The position numbers were made by a program, and so were the translations under genes. The notes beneath the pieces were generated by a model, which was not told the origin of the DNA, did not search any database, and saw nothing but the letters and a program-made list of their open reading frames with translations. From Escherichia coli (lineage in GTDB: Bacteria; Pseudomonadota; Gammaproteobacteria; Enterobacterales; Enterobacteriaceae): a stretch of 64,000 nucleotides of DNA. The stretch is taken from NCBI RefSeq assembly GCF_024298765.1, contig NZ_CP101210.1; one strand, given 5' to 3'. Positions 11,448 through 24,327 of this stretch are shown here, piece after piece. Every line of letters begins with the position of its first letter. The stretch's first letter is position 1.

Positions 11448-12212
11448 ATGAGTCAGAAATACCTCATTCGGATCACTGAGCTGGAAAGGTTGCTCTCTGA
11501 GCAGGCTGAAGCCCTCCGTCAGAAAGACCAACAACTGAGTCTGGTTGAAGAGACGGAGGCCTTCCTGCGTTCTGCGCTGGCACGTGCCGAAGAAAAGATC
11601 GAAGAAGATGAGCGGGAAATAGAGCATCTGCGGGCCCAGGTGGAAAAACTGCGCCGGATGCTGTTCGGTACCCGTTCTGAAAAACTGCGTCGTGAAGTTG
11701 AACAGGCTGAAGCCCTGCTGAAACGACGCGAACAGAACAGCGATCGTTACAGCGGGCGTGAGGATGACCCGCAGGTTCCCCGCCAGTTGCGACAGTCGCG
11801 TCATCGTCGCCCGTTACCGGCGCATCTGCCCCGCGAAATAAACCGCCTGGAGCCAGAAGAAAGCTGTTGCCCGGAGTGTGGTGGTGAGCTGGATTATCTG
11901 GGGGAAGTCAGCGCAGAACAACTGGAACTGGTGAGCAGCGCCCTGAAAGTGATCCGCACAGAACGGGTAAAAAAAGCCTGTACAAAATGTGACTGCATCG
12001 TTGAAGCACCGGCACCGTCCCGTCCGATAGCGCGTGGTGTCGCGGGCCCGGGGTTACTTGCCCGCGTGTTAACGGGAAAATACTGCGAACACCTGCCACT
12101 GTATCGTCAGAGTGAAATCTTTGCCCGTCAGGGTGTCGAACTGAGCCGTGCGTTACTCTCCAACTGGGTTGACGAGCTCCTGCCATGGAACGTAGCACTC
12201 ACCAATAAATAA
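11448..12212 (+). pseudogene. tnpC: IS66-family transposase TnpC, N-terminal fragment (254 aa of ~520)
   Basis: Coiled-coil N-terminus, CPECGGELDYL zinc motif, HLPLYRQSEIFARQGVELSRALLSNWVDELLPW, then premature stop. Confidence 0.7.
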
Positions 12213-12437
12213 GTATCAATACGGCACTCCGTTAACGCTTACTGAAACGACGCCGGGGACCATCTTCTTTTGGGTAAAAAAGGCCGCGCCAGAATTCGAC
12301 ACGACCACTGCTATATGCGTATTATTCTGTTCCGGGAGATTGCCTCTCTTCTGGTTATTCAGCAATACAACGGACAAAAAGCACTGGCATAAATAACCCC
12401 TTGTTAAACGGAGAATAGTGATAATGTATTGACGCTA

Positions 12438-13685
12438 TTACTCATTTCTCATCTTCATCCTTCGGGTAAGCAGAGTCGCACAAATGAATCCCAGCAGACT
12501 AAATGCCACCATTACAGAAAAAACATAGTTATAGCCCTGTATGCCAGAAAAATTATCTAACAGCGAACCATAAAGCGTGTAAGCAAACATGGAAGGCATG
12601 TAACCAATAATGCACCCAAACGCCATTGCTGAACCAGCAAATTCTCTGGGGGTACCGATTTCATCCATTGGCGCAAAAAAAATTGCCCGTTGTGAAAAAA
12701 TGATTGCACCAAATCCAAGAGTTGCAGTCATTCCAAGATAAACATTCATTGAGTCGTGTGGTAGTTGAATAAAAAGTAGCATAGCGACTGCTGAAATAAG
12801 GAAAGTCCATTTCAGATAGATGACCGGAGAATGAGAAATTTTATCTGCGAGATAACCGCCAACTGGCCCGCCCACCATTTTTAGTCCGTACTGGTTAATA
12901 ATCCCGTAAGCACCCACGAGTGCAACGGGAAGGGCATAGATATCTTTCAGGAATGGTATGAAATATGTTAGCCCACAATATGCGGAGTACACAAAGAATA
13001 TACAAAATGAGGCCAGCCACAGATTTGGTGATTTAACGACATTCTTTATCCCCTTGAATATCTGTTTATTAACATCTTCGTCATTCTGTGGAATGGTCCT
13101 GTCGTCTGCATCCACAATAAAGTAGGTGATAATTCCAACAATAATGGTGATTAATGTGTAATAAACAAGACCAGCCTGCATGCCAGCTTTTCCTTCGCCA
13201 AACTGCACAAAGACGAATAAAGCGCCGGACGCAATTAATACATCCACGACTCCTCGTCCAGCTTCCAGAAAGCCGAACATACGTCCCTGTTCATCCCTGT
13301 TCCCCAACAGACGAACAGCTTTAAGTAGCACGGGCCAGTAGACCACTTCGCCAAAGAAAGCCATAGCACCAAAAGCTATAAGGTAACCAGAGAAGGGGGG
13401 TAATGTTGTGAGGTAAGCGCCGCACAGACCCACACCGATTAAACCTGCAGGAAGAAGTATTTTTTTGGAAAAGCGATCTGCTATATATAATGAACTAAAT
13501 AGTCCGATAGTCTGAACAGCAGCATATATTGTAAATCCAAAGCCAATCTGTGTATTAGTCAATCCCCAGTCAGCCTGCATAGGAACATAAAATACGTCCT
13601 TCATACTGGACAATTTGAAAATTGTCCCACCGCCAAGAATAAGGAAGCATAGCTTCATCCATTTATTCATCTGGTTATCCCCCAT
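12438..13685 (-). CDS. MFS transporter
   Basis: 415-aa polytopic hydrophobic ORF; start overlaps RidA stop (TAATG). Confidence 0.7.
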   Translation of the reverse strand: MGDNQMNKWMKLCFLILGGGTIFKLSSMKDVFYVPMQADWGLTNTQIGFGFTIYAAVQTIGLFSSLYIADRFSKKILLPAGLIGVGLCGAYLTTLPPFSGYLIAFGAMAFFGEVVYWPVLLKAVRLLGNRDEQGRMFGFLEAGRGVVDVLIASGALFVFVQFGEGKAGMQAGLVYYTLITIIVGIITYFIVDADDRTIPQNDEDVNKQIFKGIKNVVKSPNLWLASFCIFFVYSAYCGLTYFIPFLKDIYALPVALVGAYGIINQYGLKMVGGPVGGYLADKISHSPVIYLKWTFLISAVAMLLFIQLPHDSMNVYLGMTATLGFGAIIFSQRAIFFAPMDEIGTPREFAGSAMAFGCIIGYMPSMFAYTLYGSLLDNFSGIQGYNYVFSVMVAFSLLGFICATLLTRRMKMRNE

Positions 13686-14062
13686 TATTTGATAACCGCA
13701 ATGGCTTCAATTTCTATCAGCACGTCTTTCGGTAATCTGGCGACTTCAACACAGGACCTGGCCGGGTATTTGTCTGATGAGAAATATTCACTGTACAGAA
13801 GGTTAAATTGAGAAAAATTATCCATGTTACTGATAAAACAGGTTGTTTTTACGATGTTATCCATTCCGATTCCTGCAGATTCAATAATTGCCTTCAGATT
13901 ATCCATCGCTTGCCTGGTTTGCCTTTCTATAGTCTCGCCATTTACGGTTCCGTCTTCTGGTTTGAAAGGACAACATCCGGAAATGAACAATAAATTACCA
14001 GTTGATACTGCCTGTACATAGGGACCGATAGCTTTGGGGGCATGTTTAGTATCAATGATCAT
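13685..14062 (-). CDS. RidA/YjgF family reactive-intermediate deaminase
   Basis: 125-aa ORF MIIDTKHAPKAIGPYVQAV...SCVEVARLPKDVLIEIEAIA, typical RidA. Confidence 0.8.
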   Translation of the reverse strand: MIIDTKHAPKAIGPYVQAVSTGNLLFISGCCPFKPEDGTVNGETIERQTRQAMDNLKAIIESAGIGMDNIVKTTCFISNMDNFSQFNLLYSEYFSSDKYPARSCVEVARLPKDVLIEIEAIAVIK

Positions 14063-14083
14063 AAAAGTATCCTTTTAAATTTA

Positions 14084-15043
14084 TTAACAATATTTTTTTC
14101 TTAAATTCTTCAGAGTCTGAACAGAAACCTCAACACAACGATTTTGGGCTGCCATTAGTTCCTGTAATACAGAGTCAGATATTTTGGCAGGGTAGTAATA
14201 ATCAAGTGGCTTTATTTTCAGGTGTTCAAATGGTGCCTCTTTTACGGAGAATGCCCCTTCCAGAGAATATACGCCGCCAGTACCCTTTGGACGGGCAAAA
14301 GGTGAGGCATATGGGAAACATGTTTCGATGTTTATTCTGGTTAAAGAGGACTCTTTAACCAGAGTTTTAAAGCAGGTATCAATATCAATGCTTCCTTCTC
14401 CGACAGGAACACCACAGACAACCAGGTCTTCGCCGTTGCGTGTGACAATATGATCCTTGAAATGCGTGCTGTAAGCATAAGGAGCCAGTTTACGAACTGT
14501 TTCTACTGGTTCTTCCCATGCCATCATTCCATTACCTATATCACAGTGTGCTCCCACCCACTCAGAATTAACAGATTTGATAACTTCGATTATCTCGTCG
14601 GCAGTTTCATCTTCATGGTTTTCTATTGCCAGTTTAATTTTCTTTCTACTGAGTAAGGATGTCAGTGATTTTAACTGTTCTACTATTTCCGGATATTTCA
14701 GAGGGTTATATTCTCCTCTCCTGAACATATAAGTTCGGATAACTTCTGCTCCAAGTGCAGATGCAATTTCCACTGCTCTGGTGATAGCTTCACAGGAAGT
14801 GAATCGGGTATCTATCTCACAATAAAGACCATGAGAATCAATGGATTTTCTGACTTTTGACAGATATTCAGGAGATATACTGTTCAGGACACCAAATTCC
14901 GGATGCAGACCAACATCCGGAATGATATTAATTTCGACCCCATCCAGCCCCAGTTCACTGGTTTTATCAATGAAGTCGAAAATATCCATCATTCCCTGCT
15001 GAAAGAACAGATGATATGACTCAGTCTCAAGGCCTAGTTTCAT
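14084..15043 (-). CDS. sugar phosphate isomerase/epimerase (xylose isomerase-like TIM barrel)
   Basis: Start chosen at MKLGLETESYHL with GGAGG 7 nt upstream; family assigned from overall resemblance to sugar-phosphate isomerases, not verified. Confidence 0.6.
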   Translation of the reverse strand: MKLGLETESYHLFFQQGMMDIFDFIDKTSELGLDGVEINIIPDVGLHPEFGVLNSISPEYLSKVRKSIDSHGLYCEIDTRFTSCEAITRAVEIASALGAEVIRTYMFRRGEYNPLKYPEIVEQLKSLTSLLSRKKIKLAIENHEDETADEIIEVIKSVNSEWVGAHCDIGNGMMAWEEPVETVRKLAPYAYSTHFKDHIVTRNGEDLVVCGVPVGEGSIDIDTCFKTLVKESSLTRINIETCFPYASPFARPKGTGGVYSLEGAFSVKEAPFEHLKIKPLDYYYPAKISDSVLQELMAAQNRCVEVSVQTLKNLRKKYC

Positions 15044-15228
15044 GGCGAACCTCCATAGTATTTGAGACTGATTGTAGTTTTTTATACATTTGTAAAATGT
15101 GATCAAAGTAGAATAATTTCTCACTTAGTGAATAAATTTACTACCTGGTGTTATTTTGAGCCACTTTGGTGGACTCTGTTCTGCATCTGGTATAGCATTC
15201 AGATGTACTTTGTTCATGAGGTTATTAT

Positions 15229-15891
15229 ATGAAATCTATTGTTAATCATGAGTTTACTGAGGATGACAGGCAGCTTTTGCTCTCATATATTCCATTCATC
15301 GACAGTCTTGGTCAGTTCTTGGGTGAGTATTGCGAGATCGTCCTGCATAGTTTTGAGGACTTGCATCATTCCGTTATTCATATCGTTAACGGGCATGTGA
15401 CGGGGAGAGAGAAGGGGGCACCTGTAACAAATATAGCACTGGAAAAACTGGCAGAATTTAACTCAACAAACGATATGTGGGATGTCTATTTCAACCATAA
15501 AGGCGTTCGCCCTTTTAAATCATCGTCATCACTTATTCTGAATAAAAATAAAGAACCAGTAGGTATGATATGTATGAACTTTGCTCTGGATATGCCTCTT
15601 AATGCATTTATTGAAAACTTTGCAAAATCGTCAAACTGTAAAAACGAAAATTTCACTCAGGATATCAATAATCTTGTGCTTAGTCACCTTGAACCTGTTA
15701 AAAATATGGTTTACTCCAATAAGAATATACCAAGTAAAAACAAGAACTTTGAAATAGTAAAAGAACTTAATTCTATTGGGTTGTTTAAGTTCCCGGTTAC
15801 AACAAAAATTGTTTCATCGGTTCTTGGTATCAGTGCTAACACTATTTATAAACATCTCAGGGTATTAAATAATAAGGGGAAGGAGAATTAA
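15229..15891 (+). CDS. YheO-like transcriptional regulator (PAS-like N-domain plus C-terminal HTH)
   Basis: Motif CEIVLHSFEDLHHSVIHIVNGHVTGREKGAPVTNIALEKL matches YheO family; divergent from the isomerase operon. Confidence 0.7.
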   Translation: MKSIVNHEFTEDDRQLLLSYIPFIDSLGQFLGEYCEIVLHSFEDLHHSVIHIVNGHVTGREKGAPVTNIALEKLAEFNSTNDMWDVYFNHKGVRPFKSSSSLILNKNKEPVGMICMNFALDMPLNAFIENFAKSSNCKNENFTQDINNLVLSHLEPVKNMVYSNKNIPSKNKNFEIVKELNSIGLFKFPVTTKIVSSVLGISANTIYKHLRVLNNKGKEN

Positions 15892-16009
15892 GGTGTCTGT
15901 ATTCTGAACTTATAAGTAAGTTGTTTGTCTGAAGCGTATTGATATTTATTTTTCGGTTAGAGCAACTTTCTAGGGAAACAGATCGCGTATCCAGTTTGCC
16001 TGTCATTCC

Positions 16010-16290
16010 TAGATATGTTCAATGACGTAACGCAGCCATTTTTCTGGAGCCATATTGTTCAGACGGCATGTACCAATCCGCAGGTACAGCATCGCCGCAT
16101 CCTCAAGTAATGCCGGTAATTTGGGGCGTAATTCTGTTGCGCTTTTACTGAACACAATGCCGTATTCAGTAAGAAGTCCAAGAACATGATCTATCAGTTG
16201 TGTCCTTCCATCGAGATCAACCGATGCATTTTCAAAAAAGCCTGGACGTTCTGTAGGTCCAGACTTTTTATTGGTACCAGTCGTATAGTT
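16010..16290 (-). pseudogene. IS66-family transposase C-terminal remnant (no start codon)
   Basis: Hand translation ...AMLYLRIGTCRLNNMAPEKWLRYVIEHI* fits IS66 TnpC C-terminal pattern (A.L..LI.TC.LN...P..WL..V). Confidence 0.35.
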
Positions 16291-16823
16291 CTATATTGAT
16301 AGGTTTCAGCTATTGCTGTGCGTTGTTATAATCATTTTTCTGACGCCATTGATAAGATTTAACATGTTGTGCTGGATGCAATATTACATCATAGTTGAGT
16401 TCCCTTATTTCCTGTGGGCAGTGATGGGATGTCCCGCAAGCCTTCATCGCAACGGTCATTTTGGCTGTTATACCAGCCAGTTAAGCAGTTGGTTGTGAGA
16501 AAGTTTGATCTTTCCCGCGTGATTGCCACGAGCATTGATACTGAAAAGATAAAAGTTCGTTTTAGCCTGAGCGATGTCGGTAATTTTCTGTTCAATCATG
16601 GCCTTTCTCTTACTTTTGTGGTTAAAATTTATTCGCTATGGCGCAATTGAAAGCGGTCGTGAAGGTGGGGGAAGACTATCTCATCACTTACCATATTTCC
16701 GACATATTCTCACAACAAAATACCACGTAACTATTGATGAATATTGTTCTCTCCTGAGCAGCGTTTATGCTTTAATTGCTAAATCGATTTAATTAGTTTA
16801 GCAATTAGTATATTGGAGCCTTT

Positions 16824-17744
16824 ATGAGCACAAGAGTATGGGTACTTGGTGATGCGGTTGTTGATTTATTACCCGAAAGCCAGGGGAGACTACTACAGTG
16901 TCCTGGCGGGGCGCCTGCTAATGTTGCAGTCGGTATCGCAAGGCTGGGGGGGAAAAGTGCCTTTATTGGCAAAGTTGGCGATGATCCTTTCGGTCGCTTT
17001 ATGTATCAGACACTGAGTACAGAAAATGTTGATACACGTTATATGTCTCTTGATCCTCAACATCGCACCTCAATTGTGGCTGTAGGACTTGATGAGCAAG
17101 GAGAAAGAAACTTTACCTTTATGGTACGCCCAAGTGCCGATCTTTTTTTACAACCTGATGGCCTTCCTGCATTTGGGCCGGGTGAATGGCTCCATCTTTG
17201 TTCCATTGCGCTCAGTGCAGAACCTTCCCGAAGTACCGCATTTCTGGCTATGGAGAAAATACGTCAGGCTGGCGGAAACATCAGTTTTGATCCCAATATC
17301 CGCAGCGATCTCTGGCAGAGTGAAGCGCTATTAAGGAAATACCTTGATCGCGCACTTTCGCTGGCGAATATCGCTAAATTGTCCGAAGAAGAGTTGCTAT
17401 TCATCAGTGGCGAAAGCCAGGTTCAGCAAGGCGCATATTCATTAGTACAACGTTATTCGTTGACTTTATTGCTTATCACACAAGGAAAAAATGGCGTACT
17501 TGTGTATTTTCAGGGGCAGTTTATCCACTATCCCGCCAAACCTGTTTCTGTCGTCGATACGACCGGGGCAGGAGATGCTTTTGTCGCTGGATTACTTGCC
17601 GGTCTGGCTGATTCTGGAATACCAACAAATACCAGACAGCTTGAACGAATCATTGTACAAGCTCAGATTTGTGGTGCTCTGGCGACCACGGCTAAAGGCG
17701 CGATGACCGCCTTACCCCGACAACACGATCTCCCTTCACAATAG
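16824..17744 (+). CDS. scrK: fructokinase
   Basis: 306-aa PfkB-family ORF with GAGDAF motif; first gene of scr regulon. Confidence 0.85.
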   Translation: MSTRVWVLGDAVVDLLPESQGRLLQCPGGAPANVAVGIARLGGKSAFIGKVGDDPFGRFMYQTLSTENVDTRYMSLDPQHRTSIVAVGLDEQGERNFTFMVRPSADLFLQPDGLPAFGPGEWLHLCSIALSAEPSRSTAFLAMEKIRQAGGNISFDPNIRSDLWQSEALLRKYLDRALSLANIAKLSEEELLFISGESQVQQGAYSLVQRYSLTLLLITQGKNGVLVYFQGQFIHYPAKPVSVVDTTGAGDAFVAGLLAGLADSGIPTNTRQLERIIVQAQICGALATTAKGAMTALPRQHDLPSQ

Positions 17745-17887
17745 TGATCCTGCTGTTGTATCTGTAACCCGATTTGTCGTGCCTGTCACATTTACTAAAT
17801 CGGTTTAGCGAAAATAATTGCTTTGGCTAAAAAGTCAGCTTTATTATCAACACCTAAACCGGTTTAGCATTTTAGCAATTTTTATAA

Positions 17888-19429
<1,542 letters not shown>

Positions 19430-19489
19430 TACCAGACAACCTCACAGATGTGAAGTTTTTACTGAAATAACAATGAATTAGAGGGTTAT

Positions 19490-20860
19490 ATGGATTTCGA
19501 TAAAATCGCCCAATCGTTGCTTCCTTTATTAGGTGGTAAGGAGAACATCGCCAGTGCAGCACATTGCGCCACTCGCCTACGGCTGGTACTGGTTGACGAC
19601 ACACTTGCCGATCAACATGCCATTGGCCAGATTGATGGAGTGAAAGGTTGTTTTCGTAATTCAGGGCAAATGCAAATTATCTTTGGCACCGGCGTGGTTA
19701 ATAAAGTCTATGCTGCCTTTATTCAGGTTGCAGGTATTAGCGAATCCAGTAAAGCAGATATCGCTCGACTCGCCGCTCAAAAACTCAATCCTTTTCAGCG
19801 AATAGCACGGCTACTTTCTAATATTTTTGTCCCCATCATTCCAGCCATTGTTGCTTCTGGTTTATTAATGGGGCTTCTGGGAATGGTGAAAACATATGGC
19901 TGGGTGAATACCGATAATGCGATTTATATCCTGCTGGATATGTGCAGTTCAGCCGCATTTATTATTCTCCCCATCCTTATTGGCTTTACTGCTGCTCGTG
20001 AATTTGGTGGAAATCCTTATCTTGGCGCGACATTAGGAGGGATTCTGACTCACCCGGCACTCACAAATGCCTGGGGCGTTGCTGCGGGATTTCAGACAAT
20101 GAACTTCTTCGGTTTTGAAATCGCCATGATTGGCTATCAGGGAACGGTTTTCCCCGTGCTTCTGGCAGTATGGTTTATGAGCATAGTGGAAAAACAGTTA
20201 CGCAGGTTTATCCCTGATGCTCTGGATCTCATTCTGACGCCATTTCTGACTGTCGTCATTTCTGGCTTTATCGCTCTTTTGATTATTGGTCCGGCAGGAC
20301 GAGCGTTAGGTGACGGTATCTCTTTCGTTCTCAGCACGCTGATTGCACACGCAGGCTGGTTAGCAGGGTTGTTATTCGGCGGGCTATATTCAGCGATTGT
20401 TATTACGGGTATTCATCATAGCTTCCACGCAATTGAAGCAGGACTTTTAGGTAACCCTGCAATCGGTGTTAATTTCCTGCTGCCTATTTGGGCAATGGCA
20501 AACGTTGCGCAAGGCGGTGCATGTCTGGCGGTATGGTTTAAAACCAAAGATACAAAAATTAAAGCAATCACCCTACCCTCGGCCTTTTCCGCAATGTTAG
20601 GGATTACTGAAGCCGCTATTTTTGGTATCAACCTTCGTTTTGTTAAACCTTTTATTGCGGCCTTAATTGGTGGCGCTGCCGGCGGTGCCTGGGTTGTCTC
20701 TGTTCACGTTTATATGACTGCCGTTGGTCTGACCGCAATACCCGGCATGGCAATCGTTCAGCCAACATCGTTGGTTAATTATATTATTGGAATGGTGATT
20801 GCTTTCGCTGTCGCTTTTAGCCTCTCTTTATTATTCAAATACAAAACGGACGAGGAGTAA
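19490..20860 (+). CDS. scrA: PTS sucrose-specific EIIBC component
   Basis: 456 aa; EIIB Cys motif AAHCATRLRL followed by polytopic EIIC. Confidence 0.9.
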   Translation: MDFDKIAQSLLPLLGGKENIASAAHCATRLRLVLVDDTLADQHAIGQIDGVKGCFRNSGQMQIIFGTGVVNKVYAAFIQVAGISESSKADIARLAAQKLNPFQRIARLLSNIFVPIIPAIVASGLLMGLLGMVKTYGWVNTDNAIYILLDMCSSAAFIILPILIGFTAAREFGGNPYLGATLGGILTHPALTNAWGVAAGFQTMNFFGFEIAMIGYQGTVFPVLLAVWFMSIVEKQLRRFIPDALDLILTPFLTVVISGFIALLIIGPAGRALGDGISFVLSTLIAHAGWLAGLLFGGLYSAIVITGIHHSFHAIEAGLLGNPAIGVNFLLPIWAMANVAQGGACLAVWFKTKDTKIKAITLPSAFSAMLGITEAAIFGINLRFVKPFIAALIGGAAGGAWVVSVHVYMTAVGLTAIPGMAIVQPTSLVNYIIGMVIAFAVAFSLSLLFKYKTDEE

Positions 20861-22269
20861 TGTCGATGCCTTCACAAATGCCCGCGATTTTACAGGCAGT
20901 GATGAAAGGTCAGTCCAAAGCACTGGCAGATGCCCACTATCCTTGTTGGCATCTCGCTCCCGTCACCGGACTAATGAACGATCCAAATGGCTTTTGCTGG
21001 TCTGGAGGCCGCTATCATCTGTTTTATCAGTGGAATCCACTGGCTTGTGATCATAAGTACAAATGTTGGGGGCACTGGAGTTCGACGGATTTATTGCACT
21101 GGCAGCATGAACCATTAGCGCTAATGCCCGATAAAGAGTACGACCGTAATGGTTGTTACTCAGGAAGCGCGGTTAATAATCAGGGCGTTCTCACACTTTG
21201 CTATACCGGTAATGTTAAGTTTGATGATGGCAGCAGAACGGCATGGCAATGTCTGGCCACCGAAAATAACCAGGGCGGGTTTGATAAACTAGGCCCTGTC
21301 ATATCGTTACCTGATGGTTACACCGGACATGTTCGTGATCCAAAAGTCTGGAAGCACAACAGCCAATGGTACATGGTGCTTGGCGCGCAAGATAAAGAGA
21401 AACGGGGGAAAGTGCTGCTGTATTCCTCTGTCGATCTGAATACCTGGTCTTTTCATGGAGAAATTGCTGGTAACGGTCTGAATGAAATAGATAACGCAGG
21501 ATACATGTGGGAATGTCCTGATCTTTTCGCCCTTGATGGTGAATACATTCTCCTCTGTTGCCCCCAGGGAATGGTGCGCGAACATGAGCGCTATCTGAAT
21601 ACTTATCCCTGCGCCTGGCTACATGGACAGTTTGATTACGAGACAGGCAAATTTACGCATGGCGCTTTCTCAGAGCTGGATGCGGGATTTGAATTCTATG
21701 CACCACAGACGATGGAAGCCCCGGACGGGCGACGATTGCTGGTCGGCTGGATGGGGGTTCCTGATGGCGAAGAGATGTTGCAGCCAACCAGAAAGCATCA
21801 TTGGCAGCATCAAATGACCTGTTTTCGCGAACTCTCATTCCAGAAGGGAAAATTGTTTCAGATGCCAATCAGGGAACTCGCGCAACTGCGTGAAGCTGAA
21901 CACTTCTGGCAAGGAAAAGCGGATCATGCGCCGCATGTCGAAATTGAACGCCTGGAAATGGACATCATTCCGTCGGGTGAGCTGTATCTGAATTTTGGCA
22001 ATGCGCTGGCACTGCATCTTAATGACGATGGTATTCAACTACAGAGGAGAAGCCTTGCAGGGCAAGAGAAACTAACTCGTTACTGGCGAGGAAGCGTAAC
22101 GTCACTGAAGATTCTCTGTGACAGTTCCAGCGTAGAGATATTCATCAATAATGGTGAAGGTGTAATGAGTAATCGTTATTTTCCCCATCATCCAGCTTCG
22201 CTGATATTACAGGGTGAGTCTGACGTCACGTTACGCTACTGGTCGCTACGCGCCTGCATGGTAGAATGA
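20860..22269 (+). CDS. scrB: sucrose-6-phosphate hydrolase (GH32)
   Basis: 469 aa with GH32 motifs [27 protein letters not shown]. Confidence 0.9.
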   Translation: MSMPSQMPAILQAVMKGQSKALADAHYPCWHLAPVTGLMNDPNGFCWSGGRYHLFYQWNPLACDHKYKCWGHWSSTDLLHWQHEPLALMPDKEYDRNGCYSGSAVNNQGVLTLCYTGNVKFDDGSRTAWQCLATENNQGGFDKLGPVISLPDGYTGHVRDPKVWKHNSQWYMVLGAQDKEKRGKVLLYSSVDLNTWSFHGEIAGNGLNEIDNAGYMWECPDLFALDGEYILLCCPQGMVREHERYLNTYPCAWLHGQFDYETGKFTHGAFSELDAGFEFYAPQTMEAPDGRRLLVGWMGVPDGEEMLQPTRKHHWQHQMTCFRELSFQKGKLFQMPIRELAQLREAEHFWQGKADHAPHVEIERLEMDIIPSGELYLNFGNALALHLNDDGIQLQRRSLAGQEKLTRYWRGSVTSLKILCDSSSVEIFINNGEGVMSNRYFPHHPASLILQGESDVTLRYWSLRACMVE

Positions 22270-22294
22270 GGGTTTTGAATTACGGATCCTCGTC

Positions 22295-23302
22295 GTGAGA
22301 AAAACCAAACGCGTTACTATTAAAGACATTGCTGAACTGGCGGGAGTGTCGAAAGCAACCGCCAGTCTGGTTCTCAATGGTCGTGGCAAAGAGTTACGTG
22401 TTGCGCAGGAAACGCGTGAGCGTGTGCTGAGTATTGCCCAACAGCAGCATTATCAGCCCAGCATTCATGCCCGCTCATTACGGGACAACCGCAGTCATAC
22501 CATTGGTCTCGTCGTTCCTGAAATCACTAACTACGGATTTGCAGTATTTTCCCATGAACTGGAAACATTGTGTCGGGAAGCGGGCGTCCAACTCCTCATA
22601 TCCTGTACTGATGAAAATCCTTCACAGGAAACAATGGTGGTGAACAATATGATTGCCCGCCAGGTTGATGGGTTAATCGTCGCATCCAGTATGCTGCATG
22701 ATAATGACTATCAAAAACTTAGCGAGCAATTACCTGTTGTGTTGTTCGATCGCCACATGAACGGCAGCACATTGCCATTGGTCATTACTGACTCTGTTTC
22801 TCCCACCGCCGCTCTGGTGGCAGATATTGCACGGAGTCACCCGGATGAATTCTATTTTCTGGGGGGACAACCCCGTTTGTCACCGACTCGCGATCGACTG
22901 GAAGGATTTACACAAGGCTTGCAGCAAGCCGGAGTAACGCTACAACCTGAATGGATTATTCACGGTAATTATCATCCGAGCTCAGGCTATGAAATGTTTG
23001 CCGCGCTATGCGCTCGTTTAGGACGTCCTCCTAAAGCCTTATTCACTGCCGCTTGTGGATTACTGGAAGGCGTTCTGCGCTATATGAGCCAATATAATTT
23101 ACTCGACAGTACAATCCACCTGGCGAGTTTTGATGATCATTATTTGTATGATTCACTTTCGGTAAGAATCGACACAATACAACAGGATAATCGCCAACTT
23201 GCTTTTCACTGCTTTGAGCTTATTTCGCAACTGATTGAAGGTGAAACGCCATCCCCATTACAGCGTTATCTTCCTGCCAGTTTACAAAAACGCTATAGAT
23301 AA
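22295..23302 (+). CDS. scrR: LacI-family sucrose operon repressor (GTG start)
   Basis: 335 aa; N-terminal [26 protein letters not shown]; follows scrB. Confidence 0.85.
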   Translation: MRKTKRVTIKDIAELAGVSKATASLVLNGRGKELRVAQETRERVLSIAQQQHYQPSIHARSLRDNRSHTIGLVVPEITNYGFAVFSHELETLCREAGVQLLISCTDENPSQETMVVNNMIARQVDGLIVASSMLHDNDYQKLSEQLPVVLFDRHMNGSTLPLVITDSVSPTAALVADIARSHPDEFYFLGGQPRLSPTRDRLEGFTQGLQQAGVTLQPEWIIHGNYHPSSGYEMFAALCARLGRPPKALFTAACGLLEGVLRYMSQYNLLDSTIHLASFDDHYLYDSLSVRIDTIQQDNRQLAFHCFELISQLIEGETPSPLQRYLPASLQKRYR

Positions 23303-23853
23303 TTTATTAATTATCTTATGTAGCTGAGTATTAGGTGACAAATGATCAGTCTTTCCCACGACAATTGTATCGTTCTGATGAACTCATATTGACGCATTTT
23401 TCGGGCGTATCAGCCCCCGGTGTTACGAATGGTGCATACGAACGATCGCAGTTTGACGATGGTTGATTTATTTTGTTGCGCAGGGGCAATCGCCTGCTAG
23501 GTACCGAAGGCTGGCTCTGAAGTACTGAGTCGGGTGATCGCGTCTGGCCGCTGGCTGCGAATTACTGACACGGGATTGGTGGCAGGTGATGAAATCCTGT
23601 CCCGGAAATGGCTCCGGATTGATTCAAGTTCTGACCCGCTGTCAGCCCGCGTGGTTGCTGCTCTGGCTCATTTCCTGTCGTCAGTTTTCTCATGCCCGGC
23701 TGCGGGTTTTCGGACTGAATGATAATATCTGACGACAGGAGTCGCTCATCTATCGAAGGTAAATCTCCCTGAAAGTAATAGTTCTGGCAGGGGGAACAGA
23801 ACTGTAATCATTGTGCCGTAATTTGAGTTGGCTACCTTTGCTACATGAAAACT

Positions 23854-24327
23854 TTATTCACTTTGTTCATGTTGATTGGGTTTTTCAATGAGGAAAGTTT
23901 CCAGGGTACAATCTCCATTAACCTGTTTCCGCAAAGCAAGTGGCATTTTACCGTTACCAGACCACGTCCTGGTTTCGCCGTTCTCATCCTCAAAGATATA
24001 TTTCGCTTTTCTCACACCGCCTTTGGGTTTTCGTTTGGTTTCCGTTGTCCCTGCAATAGCAGAAACTGGACCCTGCCATTCTTCCGGGTCAAGCCCCACA
24101 GAAACGATGTACTCAAATACCTGTTGACATTTAGTTTCCAGTTCCTTACGTTCAGCCGCTTTTCGTTCAGCATCTTCACGGCGTTCTTCAATAACAGTGT
24201 TGAGCTTTTCCTGCATGTCGAGTAATTGCTCAAAATCAAGTTCGCGTACATACGTGCGTAGTGAACGAATATTCGTCATTGTCCGACTGATGATGCTGTA
24301 TTCTTCTTCTTTAGTCAGTTTGCACAT
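23854..24327 (-). CDS. H-NS family nucleoid-associated protein (island-borne paralog)
   Basis: NIRSLRTYVREL oligomerisation N-terminus and C-terminal DNA-binding motif AKYIFEDENGETRTWSGNGKMPLALRK; GAGG RBS upstream of ATG. Confidence 0.8.
   Translation of the reverse strand: MCKLTKEEEYSIISRTMTNIRSLRTYVRELDFEQLLDMQEKLNTVIEERREDAERKAAERKELETKCQQVFEYIVSVGLDPEEWQGPVSAIAGTTETKRKPKGGVRKAKYIFEDENGETRTWSGNGKMPLALRKQVNGDCTLETFLIEKPNQHEQSE

Larger units (their letters stand above)
10566..12215 (+). mobile_element. second IS66-family element, 3'-truncated within tnpC
   Basis: Starts with GTAAGCG-type terminus at 10566; tnpA, tnpB and N-terminal tnpC follow; protein sequences differ from the first IS66 copy. 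Confidence 0.65.

Noticed and set aside
11082-11804. 240-aa minus-strand ORF
   Set aside because: Antisense to IS66 tnpB/tnpC, which are recognisable; no RBS or family resemblance.
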